Assembly: GCA_028534125.1 (NCBI GenBank)
Contig: CM052816.1
Coordinates: 86,306,001 to 86,370,000 of the forward strand
Source of the DNA: Lama glama
Taxonomy: Eukaryota
DNA: 64,000 nucleotides
Direction of reading: 5' to 3'
In this document: piece by piece, positions 25,840-38,580 of the stretch
How positions within the stretch are numbered: the stretch's first letter is position 1
How the letters are laid out: each line of letters starts with the position of its first letter
Program-made: the position numbers and the translations under genes
The notes under the pieces: model-generated
What the model saw: only the letters and a program-made list of their open reading frames with translations
Database searches by the model: none
What the model was told of the DNA's origin: nothing

Positions 25840-26560
25840 TTTTAGACATTTAGCTTTTTATTTTAGAATAACTTTAAATATACAGAAAAATCGCAAAGAT
25901 AGTACAAATATTCTCATATACTCCACATCCAGTTTTCCCTATTAATGACATCTTTTATTAGTATGCATCATTTATTACAATTAATGAACAATATCAATGC
26001 ACTGTTGTTAGCTAAAGTTCACATTTTTTTTTTCAAATTGTCTTAGTCTTCCCCCCTAATGCCTTCTTTCTGTTCCAAGATCCCATGCAGGATATTTGAT
26101 CACAGGTAGTAGCTGTCGCCCTAGGCTCCACTTGGTTGTGACAGTTTCTCAACTGTTTTTGATGACCATGCTGGTCAAGGATTTTGTAGAATGTCCCTTA
26201 AGTGGGATCTGTCTAATACTTTTCTCAGGGTGAGACTGGAGTTCATTCCTTACTGTGTTTTTTGGAAGACACTCACTATTACACAGCCAAAACTGAAAGG
26301 ATGAGAAGTTATGCACCGCCCTGAGGATAGAGTATCTACATAAATTATTTGACATTCTTTGGCACTAGAAATTTGTGTCTTCTCCTCCACTGTTTATTGA
26401 TTCAATAATTTATTTTTATCAGTATGAACTCATGGACATATAGTTAATACTTTTGATTATAATACAGTGATACTTTATTTCATTTCTCAAAATGTTCTAG
26501 CATTGGCTCTTAGAAATTTTTCAGTCGACGTCTGTGTCCCTTTGACATACTCCCTCATTT
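25840..26560 (-). mobile_element. L1 element B (L1MC3-like), 3' UTR terminal part; resumes at about 27560
   Basis: 'tttaaatatacagaaaaatcgcaaagatagtaca', 'ttctgttccaagatcccatgcagga' and 'tggtcaaggattttgtagaatgtccc' are L1MC-type 3' UTR. Confidence 0.8.
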
Positions 26561-26609
26561 GTTTGTATATATATATGTGTGTGTGTGTTTATGTTCTATT
26601 ATTTATTTA

Positions 26610-27555
26610 CTTACTTAAAATTAACAGAATTTATTTTTAGGTGGTTTTAGAGGTACAGAAGAATGTACAGAAACCACAGAGAGTTCTCATATTTCTCCTT
26701 TCCTCCTTACTCCATCTCCCCTATTACTAATATTTTGCATTAGTGAGATAGATTGTTATAATGAATGAGCCAATCTTGATACATTATTAACTAAACTTCC
26801 TAGTTTACGATAGAGTTCATTTTGTATGTTGTACATTCTGTGTGCTTTGACAAATGCATAATGTCATGTATTCATCATTATAGTTTCATAAAGAATAGTT
26901 TTACTCTCCTAAGCATCCCCTGTGCTCCAACTATTTATTCGTCCCCCTCTCTGCCCTGAACCCCTGGCAGATTGTTCTCTTGTCCCTACCGTTTTTCCCT
27001 TTCTTGAACATCATGTAGTTGGAATCATACAGTGCCTTTTCAGGCATTCTTCTTTTACTTAGCAATAATCATTTAAGATGCCTCTGTGTCTTTTTTGACT
27101 TGATAGCTCTTGTCTTTTTATTACTGAAGAGCACCATTCCAATGTGTGGGTGTTCGACAGTTTATTCATTCACTTATTAAAACATATCTTGGTTGCTTCT
27201 AACTATTGACAATTATGAATAAACCTGTTGTTAAGTTTTTTATGCAGGTTTCTGTGTGTACATACATTTTCAGCTCATTTGGATAAAAACTTGAAAGAAT
27301 GACTCCTATAGCATGTATTAAGCCTATATTTAACTTTGCAAGAAACTGCAGACTGCTTCTAAAGTGGCTGTAATGTTTTGCATTCTGACCAGCAATGAAT
27401 GAGAGTTCCTGTTGTTCCATATACTTGCCAGCATTTGGCTTTAAAAATATTTTAGAGTTTAGTCGTTCTAATAAGTGTGTAGTGACAATTTCATTGTTGC
27501 TTTAATTTGTAATTACTAAATGACATATGGTGCTGAGCATCTTTTCACGTGTATG
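26610..27555 (-). mobile_element. L1 element C (L1MC1/2-like), 3' end inserted in element B
   Basis: A new 3' terminus begins at 'aatttatttttaggtggttttagaggtacagaagaatg'. ORF 27199..27420(-), EQQELSFIAGQNAK...YPNELKMYVHTETC...LFII, is the L1 ORF2p C-terminus. Confidence 0.85.
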
Positions 27556-27559
27556 TACA

Positions 27560-30500
27560 TGCTTTGCACACTGCCTTACTTTCTCGCACTACAGGATATC
27601 TCGGGTTTATCTTATTATATTTTCTGCCTCAGTTCTAGAATCAGCCATTTCTCCAAGGAGCGCTGGTTCTTCTTGATGGAGAATGGTGTTAGAAACCAGT
27701 TATAGGTGTTAGACACACTTGTTACTACTGGGTGTCATTGCTTCCAAGCCATCAGAGCGAAAAGAACAAGACACTGATATGTCTACACTAACCTGTACAG
27801 ATGCACATCTGTATTTATTGTTATATGCAACCTTCTGTCTGTGTAATAAGCGAACTGTGAGTTCATCCTGAAGTCTCCAACTCTAATCCATTACCACATG
27901 AATTATTGTATCCTTCTTCCTTAGTTTATCTCTAACCTCCCACTTCATCAGTTGGAAACCTAGCTCCTACAATCTGCAACAGTATGCTGTTCAATTGCAG
28001 TATACTGCACAGGGAATATCAGAATTATTAACCATTACTCCCAGGCGAAACAACTTTATAGCTAGAGTGAAATGCTGATGTTCCGTTGGTTTTGCCTTGA
28101 ATGCTACAGAATCCACTCATTTCCAAAATTACTTATTAGTCCTTTTTTTCCTGACTCCCTTCAGTGAGGTTGTTTCATTTATTTGTACTACAGCCAGACT
28201 GTTTGATCACATTCCAGTTTTCATTCTCAGATGCCCAGACCTTCTAAACATCTTTTAAATTCACATACATAAATGTTTTACCTTTGTGCTGTGAAGTTCT
28301 GTGGTTTTGAAAAACATATCCTGTCATGCTCCCACCATTACTGTGTCAATAGTTTCATTATTCGAAAAGTCCCCTGTGCTCCAGTTATTCAACCTCACTT
28401 CCACTAACTTCCAAACTCGTAGAAACCGCTGTTCTTTTTACAATCTCTATACTATTGCCCTTTTCAGAAGGCCATAGAATTGGAGTCATACATGCTACAA
28501 TGCACTCTTTTCAGACTGACTTCTTTCACTTATCAATAGGCATTTAAGATTCACCCAAGGCTTTTTGTGGTTTGATAGCTTATTTTTTTTTATTGTTAAA
28601 TAATAGTCCATTGTATGGATGCACTTCAGTTTGTTAGAAGAATGTGTATTCTGCTCTTGTTGGATGGAATATTCTTTAAATGTCAATTAAATCTAGTTGA
28701 TTGATGGTGCTGTTAAGTCAACTATCTCTTTATTGATGTTCTGCCTACTTTATCTATCAATTACTGGCAAAAGACTGCTGGCGTCTCTAATTATAATAGT
28801 GGATTTCTCTATTCCTCCCTCAGTTCTATCATTTTTGACCTCATGCATTTTGATGTTCTGTTGTTAGTTGCATAGATGTTTAAGACTGTTACACCATCTT
28901 GGAAAATGACCCCTTTATCATAAAAAAATGTCTCATGTTTTTCTTGATAATTTCCTTCTGAAGTCTGCTTTGTCTGAATTAACGAAGCTATTCTAGCTTT
29001 AAAAAAAAAATAGAGGTAACCTGGTAAAGCTCTCTCTAACCCATTACTTTAATTTGTTTGTAAGTTACATACAGATAACAAATGATTGGATCTTATTTTT
29101 TTCTATGCATTTGGCAGTCTGTCTTTTTTTTGGTGTATTTAGAAAACTCACATCTAAAATAATTATATTCCATTTATCTTCTCTCTTTGCATTACAATTA
29201 TATTACTTTAAAAAATTTTAGCGGTTGCTCTAAAGTTTCCAATATACATTTTAAACTAATCTACTTATATCTTCAACTAACACTATTCCACGTCATAGAA
29301 AGTACAAGTACCTTATAACAGAGCAAAACAGGAATTCTTGATTCCTTCCTCCAATCCTTTATGACATCCAGTCCCTTATGACATTACTCTCATTCATTTC
29401 ACTTGCATATACTTTAATCACCCAATAGCTTGTAACTATTATTCTTTAAACAAACGTTCATCTTTTAGATAAATTAAGAATAAGAAAAATAAAAGATTTT
29501 GTTTTATCTTCATTTATCCCTTCCCTCACATTGTACCTTTTCTTAGGAAAATGTGATTCTCTGACCTATGTTGTTTTCTTTCCCCCTGAAGAATTGTTCA
29601 CATTTCTTGCAGACAGGTCTACTCTCCGTGAAGTCTCTGAGATTTTGTTTGCCTGAGAAAGTCTATTTCTACATCACTTTTGAAGAGAATTTTTCTTGAC
29701 ACAGAATTCTAGGTTGGCATTTTGTTGTTGTTGTTTTTGTTTTTGTTTTTCCAACAGTTTAAATACATTATTCCATTCTATTCTTATTTGCATAGTTGCT
29801 TAGTTTCTGGTGAGAAATCCATTGTAACTCTTACCCTTGTCCCTCTTTGGGTAAAGTTTTGTTCTTCCCTGGCTTTCAAGACTTTGTCTATGTTTTCTGC
29901 CATTTGAACATAACATATCTAACTCTATTTTTTGTTTTTGAATTTGTTTTGCTTGATATTTTCTGTGCTTCCTAAACTGTACTTTGGTGTCTGTCTTAAT
30001 TTTAGAAATTTCTTGGCCATCATTACTGCAAATATTTTTTTTTACTCTACTCTCTTTTTTCTCCTTTTAGTATTTCAATTAGAAGTTACATTTTTTAAAA
30101 TTGCCCCCACATACCTTGAATGTTCTCTTCTGTTTCTTATTATTACTTTTTCAATTTTTATCTTTCCTTTCAGTTTAGGAAGTTTCTATTGAACTATCTT
30201 CAAACTTACTGATTCTTTCTTTGGCCAAGTCTGTTCCACTGATGAGTACATACAAAGTGCTTTCCAACCTGTTATGGCGCTTGTAATTTCTAGAATGTCC
30301 TTCTGATTCTTGCTCAGTTTCTATCTCTCTGCTTATATTACCCTCTATTATGTGTTATATTATTGCCATTACAGCCTTTCACATATTAATCATAGTTATT
30401 TAAATGCCTTGTCTGAATAATTTCAACATTTGTGTCATATCCAGGTCTGGTTCCTGACTTGTTCTGTTCTTCAGATTTTATTTTTTCTTGTTTTTTTTTT

Positions 30501-31480
30501 TTTTTGGCATGCTTTCCAATATTTGTTGAAAGCCAGGCATGTTTAATGGGTTCTAGGAACTGAAGTGAATAGGCCTTTAATAAGAGAATGTGTGTATTCT
30601 GGCTGGAAGTTAGACTGTGTTTAATATTTGCAATAGCTGTAGGTGCCAGAAGCTTCAAATGCCTCCAGTGTTCTATTTTGTTGTTGCTGTCTTAACACTC
30701 AGCTTCCCTCAGTACTCCTCTTCAGAGACAGTCTGCTTTTTGACCCTCTTTCAGCTGAAATACACTATTATTTTGCTGGAGCCCTGCTGGTATGGTGGTC
30801 GGGTGTGGGGGAAAGCATTCTAAAATCTTATGATGAAATCTCAGTGTTTCAGTGGGCTTCTTTGTCTGGGTTGTGGCTTTAAGAAGCTTTTTTTTTTTTT
30901 TTTTAGGTGGTATAGCTTTTTCCCTCCCTTATCTGAGAGGGGAAGTCTATGCGCGATGGAATTGAAGGAAAGAAAAGCTCTTCTCCTACTGGAATAAAGC
31001 TCTGATGAAACATTTTTACCCTGGAGAATTTTTTACTAATTGAGAATGCTCTAGGCATATTTCACAATGACTAATCTTTTTCCACTGCCAGAGCTATGAG
31101 GGAATCTTTGAGAACTTGGCACATTTGCTGAAGATAAAAGCCACAAACTCATGGGGACCCCCACTCCAAGACTATAGCACCAGATGTTTCTCACTCTCAA
31201 GCTAGTCCACATTTAGTTTCCAAAAATTTATCAAAATTACCTTAAAATGTCCTTCAAGCTTATGGCTCCAGTGACTGTTCTGCAGGTAAGCAGATCTCAG
31301 CTCTGAATCTCTGGATTTGCCTCTCCTTCCAGATTTCAGGGTGGATGGTTCATGCTACAACCTCAGTCCTCTGATGGGTCCAAGAAAAGTAATTTATTTT
31401 CAGTTTATTAATTTAAATCTTGATATAAATGCAGATATGATAACTAATAAGGTCTTTACATATTGGGACTAAAACCCAAA
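27560..31480 (-). mobile_element. L1 element B continued: 3' UTR, ORF2 end, large ORF2 deletion at about 28635, ORF2 EN start, inter-ORF, ORF1 and 5' UTR
   Basis: 3' UTR 'tagaatcagccatttctccaaggagc'; EN 'agaagaatgtgtattctgctcttgttggatggaatattct'; ORF1 'tttctggtgagaaatccattgtaactcttacccttgtccctct'; GC-richer 5' UTR at about 30560-31480. Confidence 0.85.
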
Positions 31481-31489
31481 ATCTGACTG

Positions 31490-32825
31490 CTTAAATTTTT
31501 AAAAAACCAAATCTTCACCCTTTTTGTTTTATGTTTTATACATTTTTTTTTCTTTTTATTCTAAGAAATCTTTGTCTACCACAAGGTCATGAAGATTCTT
31601 TTCTGCATTTTCTTTCCGAAGTTTTATAGTTTTAACATTTACATTAAGGCTTACCATCTGTGTCAAATTAATTGTTGTCTGTGGAATAAGGCAAAGATTT
31701 AGGACCATCTTTTTTTCCAACATTTATCTAGTTGATGTAGTTGATGCAGCATCATTTGCTGAAAAGACATTCTTTCATCCTGAACTTCTTGCACTTTTGT
31801 TGAAAATCAATTGTCTATATAAATGTCATCTATTTCTAGTCTCTGTCTTCTGCTTTGTTGATCAAGTTTACAAACCTTAGGTCAACACTGCAGTGTCATT
31901 ACAGAATCTTTAACACATTTTAATGCTTGCATTAAACAGTCATTTGTTTTTAAATTTAAAAGAAGCAAAAATATTGTCTTTCATATTTCCCCATTTATTT
32001 TACTTTTTTGGTTATTTTTCATTTTATCTTATAAATCCAAATTTTTAATCTTGTGCAATTTCCTCTTTATTCTGAATAATTTTATTTAGCATTATTTGTA
32101 GTGCAGGAATTTCCTCAACCTTTCTTTATCCCAAATTGTCTTTATTTTGTGTTCATTTCTGAAGGATGTCTTTACTGGGTCTTGAGTTCTGGGATGGCAG
32201 TTACTTTTTTGTTTTGTTATACTGTGTATTTGTTTATTTCTGATTTTAAAAATCTACCGTCTTTCTTAGCATTTTTTTCTTGTATATTGTGTGCTTTTTT
32301 TAAAAAGTCAGTTTCAAATATTTTCCTAGTTACGGTTTTCAACAGGTTGCTTATAAGGTCTTTTCCCCCTCCTATATGAGCTTTGCTGAGCTGTTTAGAT
32401 TTCTAGTAAAATGTTTTCATAAAATTTGCAAGACTTTCAGCAATTATTTTTTTCAAATAAGTTTTTATTTTATTTCCCATTCTTTTTCTCTACTTATTCT
32501 GTTACTCCAATTAGATATATGTTAGTCCAGTTGACAGTTCTCACAACTCACTGATGTTCTGTCCCTTTTTCCTTTTTATTTTTTGGTTGACTTTCTTTTT
32601 TTATTTCGTACTGGATCTTCATTCAAATGTATAGTCCTTACTTTTGCCATCTCCAATCTACTGTTGAGTCCTCACCTTAAAAAAGATTCAGATATCATAG
32701 TTTTCACTTCTATAATTTTCATTTGATTCTTCAATATAATTTCTACTTCTTTTCTGAAATGGTCGGTTTATTTATTATGGCCACATTTTCATTTAGTCCA
32801 TGGTCTTAAGAATTTATAATACCTG
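31490..32825 (-). mobile_element. L1 element A continued (ORF2 3' region to about 31900), then inter-ORF/ORF1-type sequence
   Basis: 'ctaagaaatctttgtctaccacaaggtcatgaagat...agttttatagttttaacatttacattaagg...catcatttgctgaaaagac' continues the consensus from 25835. 'ttagcattatttgtagtgcagg...ttcatttctgaaggatgtctttactggg' is the antisense ORF1 end. Confidence 0.75.
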
Positions 32826-32828
32826 TAT

Positions 32829-33285
32829 TGTATAATTTTTCTATGGCTCCACAGCATATTACTACAAACTTAGCTAATTTAACTAACACCCATTCATTTT
32901 CGCATAGTTTTGTGTGTTATCAACCGGGGTATACTGCATTAGTTTCTGTAGATGCCTAGGGTCTTACAAAATTGAAATCAAGGTGTCTGCTGGGCTTTTA
33001 TCCAGAGACTTTGAAAGAATCTACTTCCAAATTCATTCTTGTTTTTGGCAGAATAACTTTATTTATGGTTGTAAGACTGAAGTACCCTCTGTTTTCTAGC
33101 TCCTGGCCTAGGGCTACTTGCTGTTTTTGAGACCTTTCTCACATTCTAGAAGCCACTCAAGTCTTTATATTTGGCCCCTCCATCTTAAAAGCCAGCACTG
33201 ATATGTCAAATCCTTTCTGTGCTCCAAATCAAGCAAAGAGAAGATTGCTTTTAGAAGGTGAATTTGCTTAGAATAGGTCCAAACA
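32829..33285 (-). mobile_element. MaLR LTR (MLT1E-like)
   Basis: Start 'tgtataatttttctatggctccacagcatattactacaaacttagc'; also 'tgaaatcaaggtgtctgctgggct' and 'ggttgtaagactgaagtacc'. Confidence 0.85.
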
Positions 33286-33655
33286 ATAGAATATATATAT
33301 ATATAGTTTGTATTGTGTGTATATATATACACACACAGAGAGAGAGAGAAGCATATGAAGAAATTTATTGCAAGAAATTGGCTAAATGATTATGGAAGCC
33401 AGCAAGTCCAATTCTGCAGTGTGGGCTTACAGTAGAGCTGATGATACTGTTTCAGTCTGAAAGCCAGAAGCCTGGGACCTAGGAAAGTCACTGGTATAGA
33501 TGAAGTCCAAAGGCAGTCTGCTGGAGAATTCTCCCTTGCTCTGTAGGACCATCCTTTCATTCTAGTCAGGCCTTCAACTGATTGGATAATGCCTTCCCAC
33601 ATTATGGAGGATTATCTGCTTTATTCAAGGTTCACTGATTGATTAATATTTAAAG
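33286..33655 (-). mobile_element. ERVL LTR (MLT2B/C/D-like) with its usual (TA)/(CA)/(GA) tract
   Basis: 'aaatttattgcaagaaattggctaaatgattatggaagccagcaagtcc...ccaaaggcagtctgctggagaattctcccttgct...ggccttcaactgattggat...cccacattatggagg'. Confidence 0.88.
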
Positions 33656-34449
33656 CATAAGAATTTCACTTAGTATGCTGCTTTTTTCCCAAAAGATTGC
33701 CTTTACTTAAATATCTATCTGATTTTCTTTCTCTTCCAGTGCTTTCCTTTCAGTGATTTTCTATTTCCTTCCTTCAAATAGTTACATTTTATTTGTTTAT
33801 TCATTTAATTAATTTTATATTTTGTCCAGAGGTTATCATTTCTTGCTGTGAGAAGAGTTGTCTGATAACAGCTGATACTGAGCTGTGTTGCCATTATTGA
33901 TAGCTACCTCCTGTTGGCATTTTATTTATAATGCTATCAAATATTTAGATGATGATGATGATAATAGGATAATCATAACCCTTTAATTTTGGTTTGTCCT
34001 TAAATTTGGTAATTCATTTTAGTTTATTGAATTTCGTATATACACACACATAACTTGCATGTATATTCATATATATATGTACATATACACATGAATACAT
34101 CTTTAGTAGAAATGGAATGTCATAGTACTGCACTTGGAGGAAGTATTGAAATTATGATATGCCATTCAATTTGCATTATTCAAAATAAATACAGCTGGTC
34201 CTTGCCTAATCATGCATTCTAAACTATTCAAGTTGCTTACTTCTTTAAGATTTAATTCAATTTCTATCTGCCAAATAAAGAATTATTCAATGACTGTTAA
34301 CACCCACTGATATTTGAAACATGATTTAGCATTACTTTTTATACTGGCTTAGCTTTCTCACTCTTTGAGTCATATATATTACTCATGCCACCTCAAGTTG
34401 AGAGCAAACTTCTTCATGATAAGTACAAAATCAAAGGCGATTTTTTAAA

Positions 34450-34620
34450 TGGTTCATAGCAGAATTGAAAGAGCTTAAGATTTATACTCAGATATAAGTT
34501 GCAGTTCTGACTCAAGGCTTGAGTTTGTGACCTGTCACATTTTCTAAATTTTCTGGCCTCACTTTCCCCTTCCGAAAAATTATTCTTGAGAGAGTTCTGC
34601 AGATTGTAAGTTGGTCTATC
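34450..34620 (+). mobile_element. MIR fragment
   Basis: 'gaaagagcttaagatttatactcagat...gttctgactc...tttgtgacctg...ctggcctcactttcccc'. Confidence 0.5.
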
Positions 34621-36249
34621 TATGTTATTATTTTTCTAGGAGCATATATTAATGTTGCAAATATATTTTACTTCCAATAGCCTTTGCTGATTGAGTGATA
34701 ATCCTATTATCTTATTTTTCCTAGTGTGCTGTGGGTACCAAAACCTAATTAGACCTGTGTGTTTCTGTTTAGTGCAACACTTTTCAACAACAAAAATTTC
34801 ACACTTTTTGAATAATATTCCTAAATGATATATCTCTGATATCAACAATAAAGACTGCATAGCTATTTTAAGACATGCACAGAAAACCAAACTGGATAGG
34901 GTACTGTGGCTGAAAAATTTCAATGCAAAGTGAGTAGAATGGTGAGAAACAGAATTTCTAAAAATTTAAATTTGATTTGAAATAACACACTTTATCAGTT
35001 TTGTACTTGGCCTCAAATATATGGATGAAATGTTTGTCTTTTAGTAAACAGATTGAGCATTAGAAATTTTCCCTTGGAAGTGGGGGAGAGAAAACAAGTC
35101 CTCTTTTTTTATTCCCTAAAAAAACAATTAAATATTATGCAGACCGTTTAAATTGTGAAATCTCTAATGATAATAAAGTCAGAGAAAATGGAATGATGCT
35201 TTATTTAAGTAACCATTGTAAATAAGCTTATATATGATGGTTTAATCCCTAGATGCTGACTTACCCAGCATCTGAGAAGTGTGAAATAATTTGCATAAAT
35301 GCCATATTACATTTAGCTTATGATTTAAATGAGACGTTTGAATATGTAATTGACTTACTTATGTTGTCATAATATCCTTCTATATTTTTCCATAGCTCCC
35401 TTTTCACTCCAGCCATCTTATTGATCTTTTTTAGGTGAAAAGAAATCTGGAAAAATGTGTAGGTCATATCTTGACAATTATGGAAAGATAAAACAGATTT
35501 TTCATGGTTATATTTGTACTTATTATAGTGGGATAATGAAAGCATGTTTTTTGGATTAGTGCATCTTTAATTCTGTGAAATTATAATCAAATAGAGATTT
35601 GCAAAGATTCAGAATATAACTAAGTGAAAACTGCAGGGAGATAAACTAGGGTTTGATCAATGCGTTTTTAATTGCTAAAAATCATGTGGGGGATAATTGA
35701 TAGAGTTAGAACACATTTTAACTTGAAGTTATTAAATATAGAAACTTTTTTCTCTATTTTCTTTTTTAAAAAAAGATATTTTGTGCTATTGAATATAAAA
35801 AATTGATAGAAATTTTTTTCTTGTCTTCTTATTTTTTGTTCCAAATTTTTCTTTCCTCTAAGCTCAGAAGAAGCTTAGTAGATTTTTCTAAGGAGAATGA
35901 CTATAATGATGATGATAATAAAGATAACTTGTATCAGTTAGGTTATTTGAAGAGTGTTACATTATACTATAGTATGAGTGGGAAACTTAATATAAATAAA
36001 GAACCATTTTTTGTCATTATTCTTTGACAATAGATTGCTAATGTTGCGTTTGAAAAGAAGAAAAATTAAAATGTTATTATTTATAACAGGATAACGAGAA
36101 ATGTCACAATTATTTAAATTTCTTTGCACGTAAGTTGAGTTTTAATCTTTGGTTCTATATACAGACAACTTCCACATTTTGTGTGTGGTAAAAATCGATT
36201 TACATACTTCCCTTTTATTTCCATCAATTACCTTATTATGAGTACAAAT

Positions 36250-36440
36250 TAACTCTTTTAATTTTCAGAACAAAGCTATGAAGTAGGGACTATTATGTTC
36301 CCCCATTTTACAGAGGAAGAAAATGAATTGCCGAAATGATAAATGATTTTCCCAGTGTTTCATAGCTAGTTGATGCAAAGCAAATATTTGTGCTGTGGAA
36401 TTTTGGCTACCAGATTCACGTTTTTCACCATTTAACTACG
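36250..36440 (-). mobile_element. MIR SINE
   Basis: 'ctatgaagtagggactattatgttcccccattttacagaggaagaaaatga...catagctagt'. Confidence 0.8.
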
Positions 36441-38052
36441 TTTCTTAGGAGTAAGTGAGCTTTTCATAGACAAGAGCTCCAGAAGTACAGGTTGCTAAGC
36501 ATGAACAGACAGGAAGCTGAAAGTGGAAAGAGCCAAGCTGGGTGGTGGTGAAGAATCTCTTGTTTTCCTGTTCCACTGGGTTCTCAGAGACTTCTAGTCT
36601 GCTAAAATGATTGAAAGAAAATAAAGAATGTTATTTAATTCTCTCTATGAGTGTGTGTGTGCCTTAAACTACTAACCACTAGGATAGATAGATACACGGG
36701 TAATTTTTTTTAACCTGGCATTACGCTGGTTAAAGTGAAAAGATATATACAGTTTACATAATAAAGAAGGAAAAAGAAAGGGAAAAATGCAGCTAAAGAA
36801 TAAGAAAGACATTTTTGGGTAGAGGAGGATCAAGAAGGTCAAGGGTTTATAGGAGTAGCTACAGACTGTGAGGGCAGCTCCTGGAAGAAAGAGGACAAAG
36901 TAATTTAAGAAGTATTTCTGGGGAATAGAGGTTTATTTTGGTTTTGATATGTATATGTAAAAGAATACAAGTGTTGATAAATTATTTTGCATCTTATAAA
37001 TGCACTCTGATTTTGAACTACATGAGGAAAACACACACACATTGAGAGTCAAATATGGTATCCTTCTGGCTTAAAAAACTTCTATTTCTGCTTCAAGCCA
37101 GTACTGGAGTGTACACTTCAGTGTTTTACCAAATGAAATCCATTCTACATGGCATTACTGAAAAATGCGAACTTAAGTGAATGTGTTGTTGGGTATCTAG
37201 GAATGAAGTTTTACTACACAAGAGAGCATTTCCTACTGAAAATCTCGTTAGACATTCACTTCATACCAGCTCTGTCTAGGGAGACTTCCCCCAAAGAGAT
37301 TTAAATGGGAATTCTTGCTTACATTTTTTTTTTATACAGGTCAGCTCATGCTAACTTCCTCAGACTTAGTTCATAGCTTACAACGATAGTCATCCAATAA
37401 AATTAGCTCCATTCCTGGAAAGAAGTGCATTATTATTAAAAATATTACATTTGGCCATATTGATATGTAGACCTAAGTTAAATACATAAGTATATATATA
37501 AATTATTTTTCAAGGAATTATATATGAATATAGTATTTTTAATCCAAATAATTTAATTATGGTGATTTAAGGGCTTTTCATCTGAAACAAAGTGTTATGT
37601 TTCTATATCCTTTAATTAAATCATTGATTGTATTAAATGAAATACTTAATATTTCAAATAACTCTCTTTCATAAAATGAAACAAATCTAAAATCTTTTTA
37701 AAATACTAAGACAACTGATTTTCGGTGATTAAAGTTACGTTTGATTCACTGATAACTAATATTCATGTAGTCATTTCTGAAATCAGAAATAAAAATCTAT
37801 GTGTGTTTTCAAAGATAATACAGTAGTTTTTATTTTCAAAAATTTTGAAATGAACATGAAGGTATTTTAAAGTAAGACAAAATATTACAAAGATTTTACT
37901 CTATTACATTAAAGCAATGACTTTCAGGAAGACTGGATGAGATTAACAAGCATGTTATGAAAGCAACACTGTTTTGCACTAATGAGGAAGATTACCTGGC
38001 TCATCCCCATAAAACTTATAATGATTTCAAATATGCTGTCAGGCTGTTGTAG

Positions 38053-38447
38053 TTTTTTAAGTTGTATTTTATTGAGATAAGAACACTTAACATGAGATCT
38101 CCACCCTTAGCAAATTTTTAAGTGTGTCATACATTATTGTTGACTATAGATATTATGCTGAACAGCAGATCTCTAGTGCTTATTCATCCTGCATAACTGA
38201 AACTTTATGCCTGTTGATTAGAAACTCCCTATCTCCCCCTCTCCTAGCCTCAGGCAATCACCATGCTACGTGTGATTCTATGCATCTGACTATTCTAGGG
38301 GCCTCAGCTAGGTTATCTTTCTGTGATGGGCTTATTTCACTTCGCATAGTGTCCTCCAGTTTCATCGGTGTTGTCACATACTGTAGAATGTCCTTCTTTT
38401 TTAAGTCAGAATAATATTGTACACATATAACACATTTTTTAATATCC
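38053..38447 (-). mobile_element. L1MA9-like 3' end
   Basis: 'aagaacacttaacatgagatct...cagcagatctctagtgcttattcatcctgcataactgaaactttat' is the characteristic L1MA9-type 3' UTR. Confidence 0.85.
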
Positions 38448-38580
38448 AGGTAGGGACATTTCCCCCTCCATTTTATAGATGAAGAAATGAAAGTAGAGGG
38501 AATTTAAGTCACTTGTACCATGTCACACAGCCGCTGAGTGACAGAGCCCTACTGCTAAAACAAGAACTGTCCCACACATC
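38448..38580 (-). mobile_element. MIR core
   Basis: 'ccattttatagatgaagaaatgaaagtagagggaatttaagtcacttgtaccatgtcacacagc'. Confidence 0.8.

Noticed and set aside
29722..30882. Several hydrophobic, membrane-protein-like ORFs
   Set aside because: They come from the T-rich antisense strand of L1 ORF1 and 5' UTR.
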